Shown here one piece after another: positions 46,478 to 59,607 of a stretch of DNA of 64,000 nt. Made by a program: the position numbers and the translations under genes. The first letter of the stretch is position 1, and the number at the start of each line of letters is the position of its first letter. The stretch covers positions 8,997,986 to 9,061,985 of the forward strand of contig CM119270.1 in the NCBI GenBank assembly GCA_051294375.1, written 5' to 3'. The notes under the pieces were generated by a model. It worked only from the letters and a program-made list of their open reading frames with translations. It was not told the DNA's origin and ran no database searches. This stretch comes from Paraspadella gotoi. Taxonomy: Eukaryota; Animalia; Chaetognatha.

Positions 46478-47510
46478 ATCGTCGCAATCGCTTTGCGTTT
46501 GGCGACGATTTTGCTGTGGTTTTGTACATAAGTGCGTCGTCGTCGTCGTCGTCCGTCGTCGGCGTTCCAAATTTTAGATCGCCATTTTTTATGATTAAAT
46601 TTGGGTGTATGAAGCTGAAAATTTATATACAGCTTCTCATCATCGATGTCCTTAAAATTGGGTCAGGACAGTTATTAAATATGTTTGTTTACGTTTTATC
46701 AAAACAAACTCTCTCTCTCTCTCTCTCTCTCTTTTCCCCAGTGGTGATTCATCGGAAAAAAAAAAGAGTCTGCAGGGGCTCTTTCTTTTTCTCTCTTTTT
46801 CTCCTGCTGCTTCTGCTGCTGCTTTTTTATTTCTTTCTTTTTTCTGGCTGCCTCTGCATCTGCTGCTGCTGATTCGTCGGAAACGATTTGGCTTCTCTCT
46901 CTCTCTCTCTCTTTTCCTTTCTTTCTCTCTTTTTTTTTTCTTTTTTTCTTTTTTTCTTTTTTTTTTTTTTCTTTTTTCTTTTTTTTTTCAATGAAAAAGT
47001 TTTTTTTTTTTTTTTTTAGAAACTGGAACTTTAATTTTCCTCGGTACTTTATTATTTTTTTTAAGTGACAATCGCAAAATAGAATTTTTATTTCTGTTTA
47101 TAAATTAATTTTCTTTTCTCAAAGTTAATTTTTTTATTTTAGTATCAAAATTGTTCTTTCTTTCCTTTCTATTTCTTTTTTCTTTCTATTTTTTTCTTTC
47201 TTTCTATTCTTTCTTCCTTTCTATCCTTCTTCCCTATTTCTTTCTTTCTTTCCTTTCCTATTCTTTCTTTCCTTTTTATTCTTTCTTTCCTTTCTATTCT
47301 TTCTTTCCTTTCTATCTTCTTTCCTTTCTATTCTTTTTTCCTTTCTATTCTTTCTTTCCTTTCTATTTTTTCTTTATATTTATTCTTTTCTTCTTTTTCT
47401 TTCTGTTTATAAATTAGTTTTCTTTTCTCAATTTTATTTGTTTAGTATCAAAATTTGTCGTCAATCCAGATTTTTCTTATGCGATTGCGACGATCCTTAT
47501 GATTTTAAGA
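46478..47510 (+). mobile_element. HINE/DINE-1-like element, copy 2 of the 32863 family
   Basis: Perfect 14-bp inverted ends ATCGTCGCAATCGC / GCGATTGCGACGAT, internal (GTC)n, shared core ATGATTAAATTTGGGTGTAT.AAGCTGAAAATTTATATACAGC, 3' stem-loop. Confidence 0.75.
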
Positions 47511-47764
47511 TTTTTAAAAATATTTTAGGATTCAATGAAAGCAACTGAATAAAGGTGAGTTGAATAATGAATACTAAATCTTTATCGGCGATCCCGGAGT
47601 TGAATACGCTCTGGAGGCTTATGGGAAAACAAAGAGAAAGAAGATGAAAAAATAAAGTTCATTTCTTTACAGAAAAAAAAATTTAAGAATTTAAAAAAAA
47701 AAATCACGGGCGAAGGATTTTTAAAAAAATTAATATTTATAGTATTTTTTTTCGTTGCCTTTGT

Positions 47765-47990
47765 TAAATATTTACAATAATTTATAATAACAGAGTTTTT
47801 TATGATTACAACTATCATTTATCAGCCAGTTTTGATAGTTTTGAAAAATATATTGAGAGAAAGAGATAGAAGAGAGGGGAATTTTAACCTTGATATCCTC
47901 TCTCTCTTTCTTTCTCTCTCTCTCTTTCTGAATTATTAAATGATCGTTGTAATCATAAATAAAAACTGTTACTTTGTAAATATTATTATT
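47765..47990. repeat. Imperfect palindrome, possibly a MITE remnant
   Basis: TTTATGATTACAACTATCATTTA versus TAAATGATCGTTGTAATCATAAA, with inverted GA/TC runs in the centre. Confidence 0.5.
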
Positions 47991-49883
47991 ATATTTTTTA
48001 TAAATTTATTAATATTAAAATATTTTTTAAAATTTAACCCTAACTTACCCCGACTGTCGCTTCATCTATCAGTCAGCTGGTTAGTTGGACATAAATGTCG
48101 ATAAACAATTAAACATGCTCTCTCTCCCTGCCCCTCTCCCTCCCTCTCTCCCTCTTTAACTCGTCCAAGTGGATGTTCTTTGCTGTTGGAAATTTGCTTT
48201 GCTTTCTTATCTTTCTTCTCTTCCATCGAGGAAAGGTACTTTTTACCTCCCGCCCTTCTCTTCTTTTGTTATACTTCTTTATCAGTTGTTTGCGCAATTA
48301 GACAGATTATACTACTCGAATATTAATGGATTTAATACTATATGTACTAATCGTACATATTGTAAGAATATGATTTACAGAACGCTGCGCATCTCACCGC
48401 CAAGATTACCCTAGATGCCCTCCGAAATATCTCAACTATCTGAAAATGTTCCCTGCCTTCAAAATCCCTTATCCGATTCTTCCTAAATATTTTAACAAGA
48501 AAACCCCCGAAGCTCTCGTTTGCCTCAAATGCTCCATGTTGCCTCGAGACGCCCTTAGATGATGTTTTGAAGGAGTTTAATTCGGGGACGAAAAAAGGAT
48601 ATGTCCGACAATCAAGCGATCTATTCTGATTTGGCCGTAAGATGATGTACGGGGGATGAATGTTGGCAACGGTCTGCCCGGATCGCTAAATCTGGAAGAC
48701 GATGGAAAACTTTGGGTGTCCATCGATGCTTCGATGCAATTGCCATGGCAAAAAGGATATCAGTCGAGCTCCAATGGGTGCGATGGCTGCGATGCGTCCA
48801 AAGATGGAACCGACGATTCCAACGGCGTTTGTTTACCGTCGGAGGAAAATCCGGCAGCCGGAAGGCGGAATGCGGATGGAAAGGCAAAAGAGCGAAGGGG
48901 CGGAGGGTGGAAACTGGGAAGGAAAGAAAAAAAAGAAAAGTCGGTGGAAGCGTGTTAAATTTGTAAACAAAGCTCAATGTTCAAAGTTTTTCTTAAATAA
49001 AAAGAAAACAGCTGTGTAACATGTTTTTGTGCCAAATGATATTGTCGGATTGTCGGATCATTTTACCCATGCTTCAGGAAAATTTGGTTCTTATTCTCCA
49101 CAATTCACTATTTCTCTATTTTATAAATTTGCTGTTCTCACTTGAATTTAAATTGACGAATGAAAACAATTTTTTGACGATCTATTTTCCTTCTTTTAAC
49201 AACTTCGCTTAGCTTCCTGGCAAGACATTCGGATCAGCAGGAATTCTTCCAGCATTGGAAACTCAGTAAAATCTGGGTTCTAAAAGAAGTTATTTGGTTC
49301 CTTGATTTAGAATTCCCATGAAAAGCGGAATGGTTTTTCTCTTCGCGCTCTTTCCTAACTTGACTTTGCTATAATTCTATCTCCATTTCTTTTTTGTTGT
49401 TGTTATACTCTCTCCCTCGTTTCTACATTTGCTTCTTTAAAATCTTTCTTTCTTTGGGTGCCTGCTTGTTTCTCCTCTTCTTTGTTTCTTTTTATTTCTT
49501 TTAGTTCTTTCCATCCAGTCTTTCCCTTTTTTCCCTTTTCCCATTTTCTCTCTTTTCCATTCGGTCTTTGAAAAAAAAGTAAATCATTCTGCAGAAAAGT
49601 TTTGTGAAGGAACGGCCGAGGAAAAAGAAAAGAATCTTGTCCGCACGAAGATGCGGAGAAAAAGAAAACGTGAGTAGTAAAATTTTTGATTAGAAGAACA
49701 AACGACGCCAGAGCCAACAAAACAAGTTACGACGTTTGTCTTTTGTTTCTCTCGCTTTTTTCTAATATTTTAGTCTTTTTGCGTCCAACATTTTTATTCC
49801 GGTTTTGCGTTGATGTTTTTATTTATTTTTTTTCTCTGGAGATCTGTTTTTTGAAAGTTCAGTTGCCTATGATTCATTTCATG

Positions 49884-49997
<114 letters not shown>

Positions 49998-50930
49998 CAA
50001 CAGGGTGTGACAGTGTGTTTGAAGTTATACTTAGTCCTTCAGTTTCTGTCTTTATCTTCCAAATGTTTTTAAATCGCTAAATCTCATTCTTTCTTTTTTC
50101 TTTTATCACTTTCACCAATCGCGAATCAGCTTTAAAATCTTTCTCTCCTCATATCTTCTCACATTTCTTTCACTATCAGTATCACCTAATAAACGACTTA
50201 GAGGTGTCGAAACGATCAACCTAATATCTAATATTTTGTTAAAAAATCTCATGAACGAATACGTTTTAGTGACAAAGAGACAAATTACTTCAGTTACAAA
50301 ATCCTCGAGGAAAGGCAGGAGATAGAAAGGGAACAAAATGAACGGAAGGCCAGTGGGGTGTGGACACTGGACACTGGACATGTGGTTTTAACAATTTTGA
50401 TAAATATATCAGTTAAGGTATTACAACCTGCTTTAAACGAGCGCATGTAATAATTATTGTCTCTGTAATGCAATTGCTATCCTTTACTAAATTCGGCGGA
50501 CTCAAACCTGTCAGGTGAGATCCTGTCCGTCTTCCCAAAGAAATTTCAGGTGATTGAGGAAGATGAAAAGAAAAAGATGAGTTTCCATCGTCTGCCATTT
50601 AGAAAGATATTTGGCGCTGGAAAAAAAAGGACAATAAAAATGTTCAGCGGCGAGAGAAAAAAAGGGGACGCACATCGAACTCATCAGGCGAACCTTGAAC
50701 GCCAAATAAGTCTTTGCTTGCTTGACCTTGATTAAAACATTTTTCAAGAGTAAAATCAAAACGATAATTATAATTCGACACAACAAGACTCTTGTCAAGA
50801 GGCATATTCGAACATGAGTTTTCGTTATTGCGAAATAACCAGGCAAAGGCCAATGCGGAAGGTCAGTCGCGATCCTTTTTAGTTTTGACACTTGAATGAC
50901 GTCATAAAAACAAAAAAGCTAATATATTCC

Positions 50931-50976
<46 letters not shown>

Positions 50977-50977
50977 T

Positions 50978-51092
<115 letters not shown>

Positions 51093-51561
51093 CTCCTGGC
51101 ATACGCTCGACAGAAGGGGTCGACCTTTAATCTTTCACCTCTGCTTCGGATTAATCTCACTATCTTCGCCCAGTGATATTCAATACATCTTCGTTTGCTT
51201 CCCTCTATTCAGATTCGTGTCAGATTCACTCTCCCTTATCTCTCGAAATCTCTCGTCCCCTAGTTTGAACTAGACAAAAGAATGCCTCAATCGTGGAGGT
51301 GTCAAACACGAGGCGCGCCCACTTTCACACTTTGGCAGGCCCTTCCTCTTTTACGGCCACTTTGAATGACCCATGTGGACGGTTTCACCAATGATACTTT
51401 GAGATTGGAGGATGTGAGAGCAATTGTCTCATTATTCACCCACATATATATATATTATAGAATAAATATACATATATATACATAAATAATATAAAAAAAT
51501 AATAATGATTTCTACAACGATTTTTTTTCAGTTTTAGAAAGGGACATGTTTCGGATTAATA

Positions 51562-51797
51562 CAAGCCTTCATCAGCGTTAATGGTTTGTGAATTTGAAAC
51601 AAATTATGTTCATAGAGAAAGTTCAAGTTCTCTCTCTCTCTCACTCTCTCTCTCTCACCATTTCAATTTCTTTTCACACTGTCCTTTTCTCAACTCTATG
51701 TAGGAAACTTTCTTTCTCCCTCTCTTTCCTCTCACTCTTTTCTTTATGCAAATAATTTGTTTTAAATTCACAAACCATTAACGCTGATGAAGGCTCG
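51562..51797. mobile_element. Small MITE with ~60-bp TIRs and TA target duplication
   Basis: TA|CAAGCCTTCATCAGCGTTAATGGTTTGTGAATTT... and ...AAATTCACAAACCATTAACGCTGATGAAGGCTCG|TA. Confidence 0.8.
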
Positions 51798-52706
51798 TAT
51801 TAATTATAATTATTTTTAACTCATTTGTTAAAACAGGAAATCTAAGCGACTACTAGCGTCGTCTTTTGTTTTTAAAGAAATCTATAAACTATTAGAAATA
51901 AAAGACGTGATTCTGATGAAGAGCGTGTCGTATATACACGGAAATACAAGGGATAAGAAAGTAAAAAGCAATGTAATGCGGAGATACACCTTAGAATAAC
52001 CGTTCCTTGTTTTCATTTTGAAACTATTTTCTTTCTAGTAAAGAAGTTCTTTTTTAATTTAAAACTTCTTCCAAACGCCTAACTCGAAAGGCGAATGGCG
52101 GAAATGACCCATTTCACACTTTTCCTTTCGCATGCTCGAGGTCAACTTTTCCGAGGTCAAGGAGTGAGAATCTGGTATCTCCATTCACCAGTGAGTAAAG
52201 TAGTTCTCCTCTCACTGAGTCAATGCCCCTTTCTCTTTACTAATATTTTAAGAAATGTAAACATATTTTTATTTTAATTTTTTTTTCACTTTTTTTCACT
52301 CTAACAAAAGTGTCTTTAATTTATTGTTATTGACGTAACTCTTTATTTCACCGTTTTGGAGACAATTGTATTAGTAACAAAAGACGAAGATAAAAAAAAG
52401 ATTGAATCTCAGATTCATGAGACATCGCGGGTAATAGGATGTCTGCCATAAGTGGCAACAATGAAGACAGGGAATAAAAATGGACGACTGACAAATGGCT
52501 AATGGAGAAAAAGCAAACTGCTCTTGTCAAAAGATTTTTTCGTTGCTCAAGGCAAAAAGCAAAATGTCACCAAGATTTCTTTAATTTTTTCATATATTTT
52601 ACAAATTTTTGACTGCCTTTTATTTTTTTATTTATTTTTTTCTTTCCATCTCTTTACCTCCCTCGTGTTCTTTCTTTTTCTCTTTCTCTGTTTCTTCTTT
52701 CCTTTT

Positions 52707-52786
<80 letters not shown>

Positions 52787-53163
52787 TTTTTTCTTTCTTT
52801 CTTTCTTTCTATCTTTCTTTTCTAGCTTTCCTTTCGTCTTTCTTCTCATTTTTTTCTGATCAATTTTTCACTTCATTCTTCCTTGGTTATTACTTTTCTG
52901 CAATGCTCCCCTGTGATCCAAACAGATTTTCCGAACGACGCCATTTTGATTCGACCAGAGGGGGTTGCCATAAAAACAGGACTGCAGATCTTTTTTTTCC
53001 TGGGTTTTCTTGCCAATAGTGTTTTTTTCGGTGAAAGTAGCCATAGGCAAGCAAATCCATCAGAGGGCGTCACTTTTGGCCAGAGAGATTTCTTGTCGGC
53101 TTTGTGTTGATTTAACCGGGAGTGCTTTACATTTTATGTTCTCGTTCTCTCTCTCTCTCTCTC

Positions 53164-53173
53164 NNNNNNNNNN
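53164..53173. other. Assembly gap
   Basis: 10 N within a CT repeat. Confidence 1.
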
Positions 53174-53578
53174 TTTCTCTCTCACTCTCTCTCTCTCTCT
53201 GATGTAGAATGTAGAAATGTAGAATGTAGAAAGCCTGAAAGTATAACTATTTCTTATCAAATCAGTAGTTTAAATAAAAAAATATTACATTGATTTTCTG
53301 AATGTAGTTTTATAATCATCATTTAGTTTTATAGTCATTTTCATTTTAAAATACGATTTTTCTTGTTTATAACATTTAACATTCAACAATTATAACATTT
53401 CTATGCAATCGTAAAATTTCAAAAATATTAATGATAGTCGGTTTTGAAGGTCTCCGTTTGTCAATTTGTATGATATATAATACAACATATTTATAAATAA
53501 ATATGTGTGGATAAGGCGCTACGGTTGGGGCTGAAGATGACTGTCCGTAACTTCTATAACCCCTCTAGCAGCCATGGA

Positions 53579-53658
53579 ACGGGTCCCTGGGCTTGGAACC
53601 AGGCTTGAGGGTTTGCCATGCCCCCAAGGCGGCTTACGGCCGTCCTCACGCTTCCCGC
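53579..53658 (-). ncRNA. Candidate twister self-cleaving ribozyme (type-P5 permutation) in the TRIM LTR
   Basis: GCGGG-AA-GCGT-GAGGA-CGGCCG-TAA-GCC-GC-[P3 CTTGGGGG/CCCTCAAG]-[P4 CCTGG-TTCCAAGC-CCAGG]-GA-CCCGT; L4 TCC could pair with GGA of GAGGA; P1 and P2 are weak. Confidence 0.45.
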
Positions 53659-53662
53659 AGGG

Positions 53663-53740
53663 TAGGTACCGGGTTGGGATTGAACCCCGGTACCTAGTGG
53701 TCATGAGCTGATGGCTCTTACTCAATGAGCCACGCGGGTC
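53663..53740 (-). promoter_or_regulatory. tRNA-derived Pol III type-2 promoter (A and B boxes) inside the TRIM LTR; second copy ~54072-54144
   Basis: A box TGGCTCATTGAGTAAGAGC (D-arm GCTC/GAGC), CTCATGA at the anticodon-loop position, B box GGTTCAATCCC in the loop of an 11-bp stem TAGGTACCGGG/CCCGGTACCTA; anticodon and acceptor stems are broken, so it is not a functional tRNA. Confidence 0.7.
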
Positions 53741-56700
53741 ACAACTGAAAGTGTCATGATTCTAGGCGGGGTGAACCTAGGCAATGCCCGACTACATGCC
53801 CCCCAGATTGTAACCCACCCTGCACTGCTTCCAGTGGAGGGAGGGGAGCAATCTTCAGCAAGACCAAGGGCCTGGAATCAGAAGGTTGGAATACGCTCGA
53901 CAGGATGGGCTCACCAGTGTGGATAAGGCGCTACGTGGGCTGAAGATGACTGTCCGTAACTTCTATAACCCCCTCTAGCAGCCATGGAACGGGTCCCTGG
54001 GTTGGAACCAGGCTTGAGGGTTTACCATGCCCCCAAGGCGGCTTACGGCCGTCCTCACGCTTCCCGCAGGGTAGGTACCGGGTTGGATTGAACCCGGTAC
54101 CTAGTGTCATGAGCTGATGGCTTTACTCAATGAGCCACCGGGTCACAACTGAAAGTGTCATGGATTCTTAGGCGGGGTGAACCTAGGCAATGCCCGACTA
54201 CATATGCGGTAAAAAACATGTAGCATTTTTTATCCTCTTAATTAAAATATAAAAATACTACTGACAGCTAAAAAATATAAATCAAGTTTTGAAAAATAAA
54301 AAGTAGAATATTTTATGTTACCCTTTTTATAAAAGTCTTTAAATTTTATATTAACAATGAATTTTTTTAATTAAATAAAATTTACATAAATATCATCTCC
54401 ATATTATTTTGAAAAGTTACTGAGCATCTAAGCATTAAACGAATATGAAATCTATACCACATTGAAGAGCAGAAAAAATGCGACATTTTGCATACTATAC
54501 CTTTTAAATTTAACTAAGCTTTGATTGGTTGTAAAAACGTGAAACTTTAAAAGATAAAAACAATTGAAAGTTGATCGACAAATATGATGAGTTCATTGGC
54601 GCCTAGAAGTTAAAACTAAGGTCTTATTAGAATTACTATTTAGGAAAAAAGTAAATCTCATTTTTAATAAAGGATATCTACTCAAAAAATTATTTGATTT
54701 AAACAAAATCAATTTGTTGCTTGAGAGCATTCCCAGATGAATTCAGGTATACCAAATATTGAGAATGTTTTATCTATGTTTTGTATATTTTTATTGAATA
54801 AATGAATTACGTGATATTCTTTTTTCCTAGATAGTATGTAAAAATCGATTCCAAAATTCCAGACGGCGGGCGAGAAAATGAGCCATAATTTAAGTCTCTA
54901 GGGTGTAGGGACTCTGAGATATCGATTGAGAAAAATCATACTGTAAAAGTCACGAGATAAAAGTTCATTTCTGATCGAATGTGACCTTTTTTCCTGACTG
55001 AAGCCAAAACGTGATTCGAATAAATCAATAAAAATCCAGGGAAAAAAGTCAATCCTTGACTTGACAAAATGGCGATGGTCAGATTCGTCATTGACATTTT
55101 TCTCGATATTCATTTCACGTGAGGAGAGGTTTGCGCGAACCGAGAAGTAAAATGCATAGGTCTGGTTGATTTCTATGTGCACATTTCTGGTTATATATTC
55201 AAAGAAACTAAAACTACAAGGACTGTAATGTCACCAACAGGATCACAGGCTTTGAAACACCAGTAATCCAATGTGTCTCGATCAGCGTCTACCGCTCAGT
55301 TTCCCGAACAGTTTTATATTTCACTTTAAATTTCGTTTTTGAATGAAGCTTTTATAAAAACTAACAATTCAATTTCAAGTCATTTAACAAAGTGTCTTAC
55401 TTTTTCTAACTAACTGACTAACTCATTTAACTCATTTAACTTGGACGTTGAGTTCTTTATTTCTCTTCTCATCGACCCACCTTGATTTTAACTGCGACGC
55501 CCAATTTATCTTATTCTCGACGTCAGAGTCTGACAAGAACATCGGACGGCCAATGAGCTTGTCGTCGTTGTCGTCGTCGTCGTTGTCGTGACTGCGAAGT
55601 GGTTCTCTTCGAAAGACAACAGGTGTCGAGTGGTAAGGTTAAACGTATTCCATTAGCCTTTCCTCTCCAAAATTTTCACAACGATGACAAGTTTTAAACC
55701 AGTGATGAATCAATAATTAATAATCAAATAACTAAACTATTATCTTCTTTTGCTATAGCCAGATCCGAAGTTAAGAAAGTGAATTTAGTTTTAATTTAAC
55801 AAAATATGTAAGTGAAGGTAAGTTAGGTATCTCAACCACAGGTAATTCCGCCTCGAATCTCTGCCGCTTTTCTTTTTCTCTTCTTGTGTTTTCAGTCCTT
55901 CTTCCGTTTTGTTTATTCCCTTTTCCACGTTCACCGTTTCTCTTTCTTTTTTTCGTTTTCTTTTTTTTTCCTTTTTCAATTTTCTCGGCTCTTACCATTT
56001 GCGCTTTCATAAATTTCCGTGCGAAAAAAACGAATCTGCAGCGTTTGGACCACCAATGATTCTTTTTTTTGGGGGGCGGGGTTTGCAGATGGAAAAGTCA
56101 ATTTTGCACCGTTTCCCCCGTCACATAGTTTTTGGCGTCATTTTTTTCTTCTTTTGAGTACAAATTTTTTTTGCTACACTTTTATTTTTTCCCCTTTTTT
56201 AGCTCCAAACTCTTTTTGCATCTTTTTTTTTTGCTTGGAACCCTGCCTGTCTAAAGTCTTGATTAAAACGGGACCCGCGCTTCACTTTCGCGCTCGGGAT
56301 TTTTTCAGAAAGAAAACGGGAAATCACGGCGCAGTGAACAAATGCGTGAAGTGGGCGAGTGAAGTGATCGCTCGAGTGAACAAGAAGATTGTGAGAGTGT
56401 CTTGGTAATGAAGGGAGAGGGCAAGCCAATGTGGAGGAGGGGGATGAGTGGGGTCAATCAGATATTGGACGAGTATGTGGCCTTTAGAACAGCAATAGTT
56501 TTTAAATATTAGTGACGAAATCTTAGGCTCGCCAGATGTAGAATTGTAGATTCCCAGAAGGCCTGCAACATTCTATTCGTCTTGAGTATGATTGTTCTTT
56601 TGATAAACTAAAAATTAGAACAAGCGTCGTTGGCCGATTGTTTATTTTTAATCGGGCTGAAAAATCAAGATTATAAATCAACACGAGTAATTCATGTTGT

Positions 56701-57116
56701 CTCAGGTTTAGTTTGGCTGCGTTTTTAAGCCAAATTTTTGGCTTTGTTATATATCCTATTGTTTGGCAGCTTTTAAGTCACGCTGAAAAGAAAAACGCAC
56801 ATTACGGAGACTGCCTTCCTCACACGAAAAATCAATTCTTACTGGTCATTGTTCAAGAGAGCTGTTTAATAAACTATGCGCTTTTCAAACGGGTTTTAAA
56901 TAAAACGCAATGCAATATCATCACAATAAATGTGAGTCCTTACAAATAACACCTAAGTCAAGGACTGCATTTTTTATTCCACAATGATTACGTAGAGTTT
57001 CTTTGAGTTTTCTTGTCTTTGTAATCTCGTTTGTTTCAGCTTAAAAATGAATCGCGTATCGGGACCTTTTTCTCGTTTAATTTAATTAAAGTTCTCTTGG
57101 TAAATTGTCTTCCATT

Positions 57117-57165
<49 letters not shown>

Positions 57166-58662
57166 ATTAGTGAGTTAAAACTAGTTCGACCCGATCACGT
57201 TCCTTATCATTCTCTATCGTTGTTTCGTCCTTTCTTTCCATCAATTTAATTACTTTTCTCTTTCATATTCTCATTTACAATATTTCTCAACTTTTCTTTA
57301 TTTGAATCTGTAACTTCTTCTCTATCTACATTTAGATCTAACAGTCTATCACTATTTCAGTTTGAATTTCTTTTGAATCTCACCATTCCTTTAAATCATT
57401 TTTTGAAACTTACAAATATTTAAGGGAGTGGTCTTTTCATACAGTTGAAACATTCTTTGAAATATTATACCACTTCATTGATAGGTAAGCCAGGAACTCT
57501 GTGAGTGAATAAACGAGACTGTGAGAGAGTCTTTATTGAAAGCTTACAGGGACCTGCTATGTCATTATCTTGTAAGAGTGATGGAGGCCTTAAACTACCA
57601 AAGCCTCTCCAAAGTCAGGGGCAATATAGCTTATTTATTAAATGACTGGATAATTTTATATTGGTTGTACCAATTTCATACATATTAAATGTTTCAAACT
57701 CTCTATTCTATCACTCACGATCTCTTTAGAGCGAATTTTGACGAGAAAGAAAATAGAAACACGACACTACCTTTTTCCTTTTTTTTCTCCTTTTTTTCCT
57801 TTATTTTCTTTCCGTTTTCCTCTCGTTTATCTTTTCTCCTCTGCTTGGCGTCCTTAGGTCGATTTCAAGTTGCGACTCAATAAGCGGCTTTGTCGGTCAG
57901 TCGCTCTGTCTGTCTTTACGATGTCCATCTCTCTGGGGATAAGGTTATTGTATATAAATATTTACAAAGATAAGAATGGCGGAAGAATTATAAAATGGAT
58001 AATAATACTATTCGTTCATTATACCAAGCCAAAGCCAAAGCAAATGATACAACACTCGATTATATATGTTTTATTCGTTTACAACAATTAGTTGAAACAT
58101 TACATACTAAAAGGCAAACAGAGTAACAGATACTCACAAAAATTGTATAGTTTTACAATGTAACAAATTAACAATAAGCTGACATTTGGAATCTTCATAT
58201 AAATTGTCTGATGCTAAGTCGTCGCCATCGCGCTCGTCATCGTTTATTCAATTATTGTTAAGATTTTTAGTTAGTCTCTTATCCTTAGAGGCAAAAAAAA
58301 AAAGATTTTTGATAATTTTTCTCACTATCTTAAGCTTTTCTTGGCTTTGGATCTAAGAAGGATCCTTGTCCCTCAGAAGTCAAACTATTGCTATGACAAC
58401 TGACTGTTTTATAAGGGCTTTCTTACTTTACCGTTCATTTTCATTTTGCTGCTCCTGCCCATGTCAATATGTAACGGAGTTTCATAGTTTTATAGTAAGA
58501 ATTCTTTTCTTCGTAGTTGTCGTCGTTGTTGTCTTGGTTGTCGCTGATGTCATTTGCTCCGCAGTCTAACGATGAAGTCATTAGGTGATGGATTGAAAAC
58601 GGGGGGAAAGGGATCGGAGTTGAGGTAGAGCAAGAGGGGAGAGAGAGAGAGAGAGAAAGAGC

Positions 58663-58732
<70 letters not shown>

Positions 58733-59607
58733 AATTCGCATCTTAGCGCTACTAAACCTACGTTTTTTAACAAACTCGTCTAAAAAATGATAAGTAAATA
58801 TATAAATAAATAAAAAACTAATTTTTTCTTCTTTTTTTTTCAGCCACCGGCATTTAATGAGAGAGAAGAAAAATAGAATGCAATCATGTAGTATACAAAA
58901 CTGAATCCCAAAACCATTTATTGGCAAATTGATTTCGTCAAGGGAAATATCTTGTTTACCCCAAAGCAGCGAAGCTCCTTGAAAAATCCTCTTCGCATTT
59001 TCGCTCATCAGTTTTTAACCAGATGAATTTCCAATATGGTTTCAGTTTACGATTTACGGCAAGCTTGGTTTATTTAAAATTATTTTTAGTTTCAGTGTTT
59101 ATTACCCATGTCATTATCTGTTTCTGTGTATGTTCCATATTTTTAGATCTTTCTTAGATTTATCAAATTTCATAAAGTTTTGTTTCTCCTATCTTCATTT
59201 ATCAATACTTTTTCTTTGAAAGACGATATTTACTGGATTTATTTCTCTCCGAAGGAGACCGTTTGTTTATGTCTCTGCAGAACAAAACTTTCTCTTTTTC
59301 TTGTTTTTTTTTTTTCTAACTACAACATTACATTTTCCATTTCTTTCTCTTTCGTCTTTGCTTGTTTGTTTATTTCTAAGTTTTTTATTCGTTTCTTTTA
59401 ATTCTCTCTTCTTTTTTTCTTTCTTTCTGTTATTTTCTCCTTTTTCTCTTAACCTTTGGTATTCGCGTTGGTATTGGCGGCAACAAAAACGTTGAGACTT
59501 CGTCGGTTCTCACTCGCTCTCACTCCCTTCATCTCTTTCCTTTCCCGTTTGTCTCACAGTGAAAACCGCTCTTCGTGTACATCGCTCTCCACCAAAACGG
59601 CCTGAAG

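Larger units (their letters stand above)
53506..54202 (-). mobile_element. Terminal-repeat retrotransposon in miniature (TRIM) with tRNA-derived LTRs (Helenus-like)
   Basis: Two ~290-bp direct repeats (53506-53796, 53918-54202), each TG...CA; 4-bp TSD TATG (53502-53505 and 54203-54206). On the minus strand a PBS-like TGGTGAGCCC starts 1 nt after the 5' LTR (53916) and a PPT GGGGGGCA abuts the 3' LTR (53804-53797); 121-bp internal region with no ORF. Confidence 0.88.

Noticed and set aside
53663-53740. Functional tRNA-Met gene
   Set aside because: Anticodon and acceptor stems do not pair; it is an LTR-embedded tRNA-derived module.
53506-54202. Simple tandem SINE duplication or hammerhead retrozyme
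   Set aside because: TG..CA ends, PBS, PPT and TSD fit an LTR structure; the CTGAAGA motifs lack stem II and GAAA.
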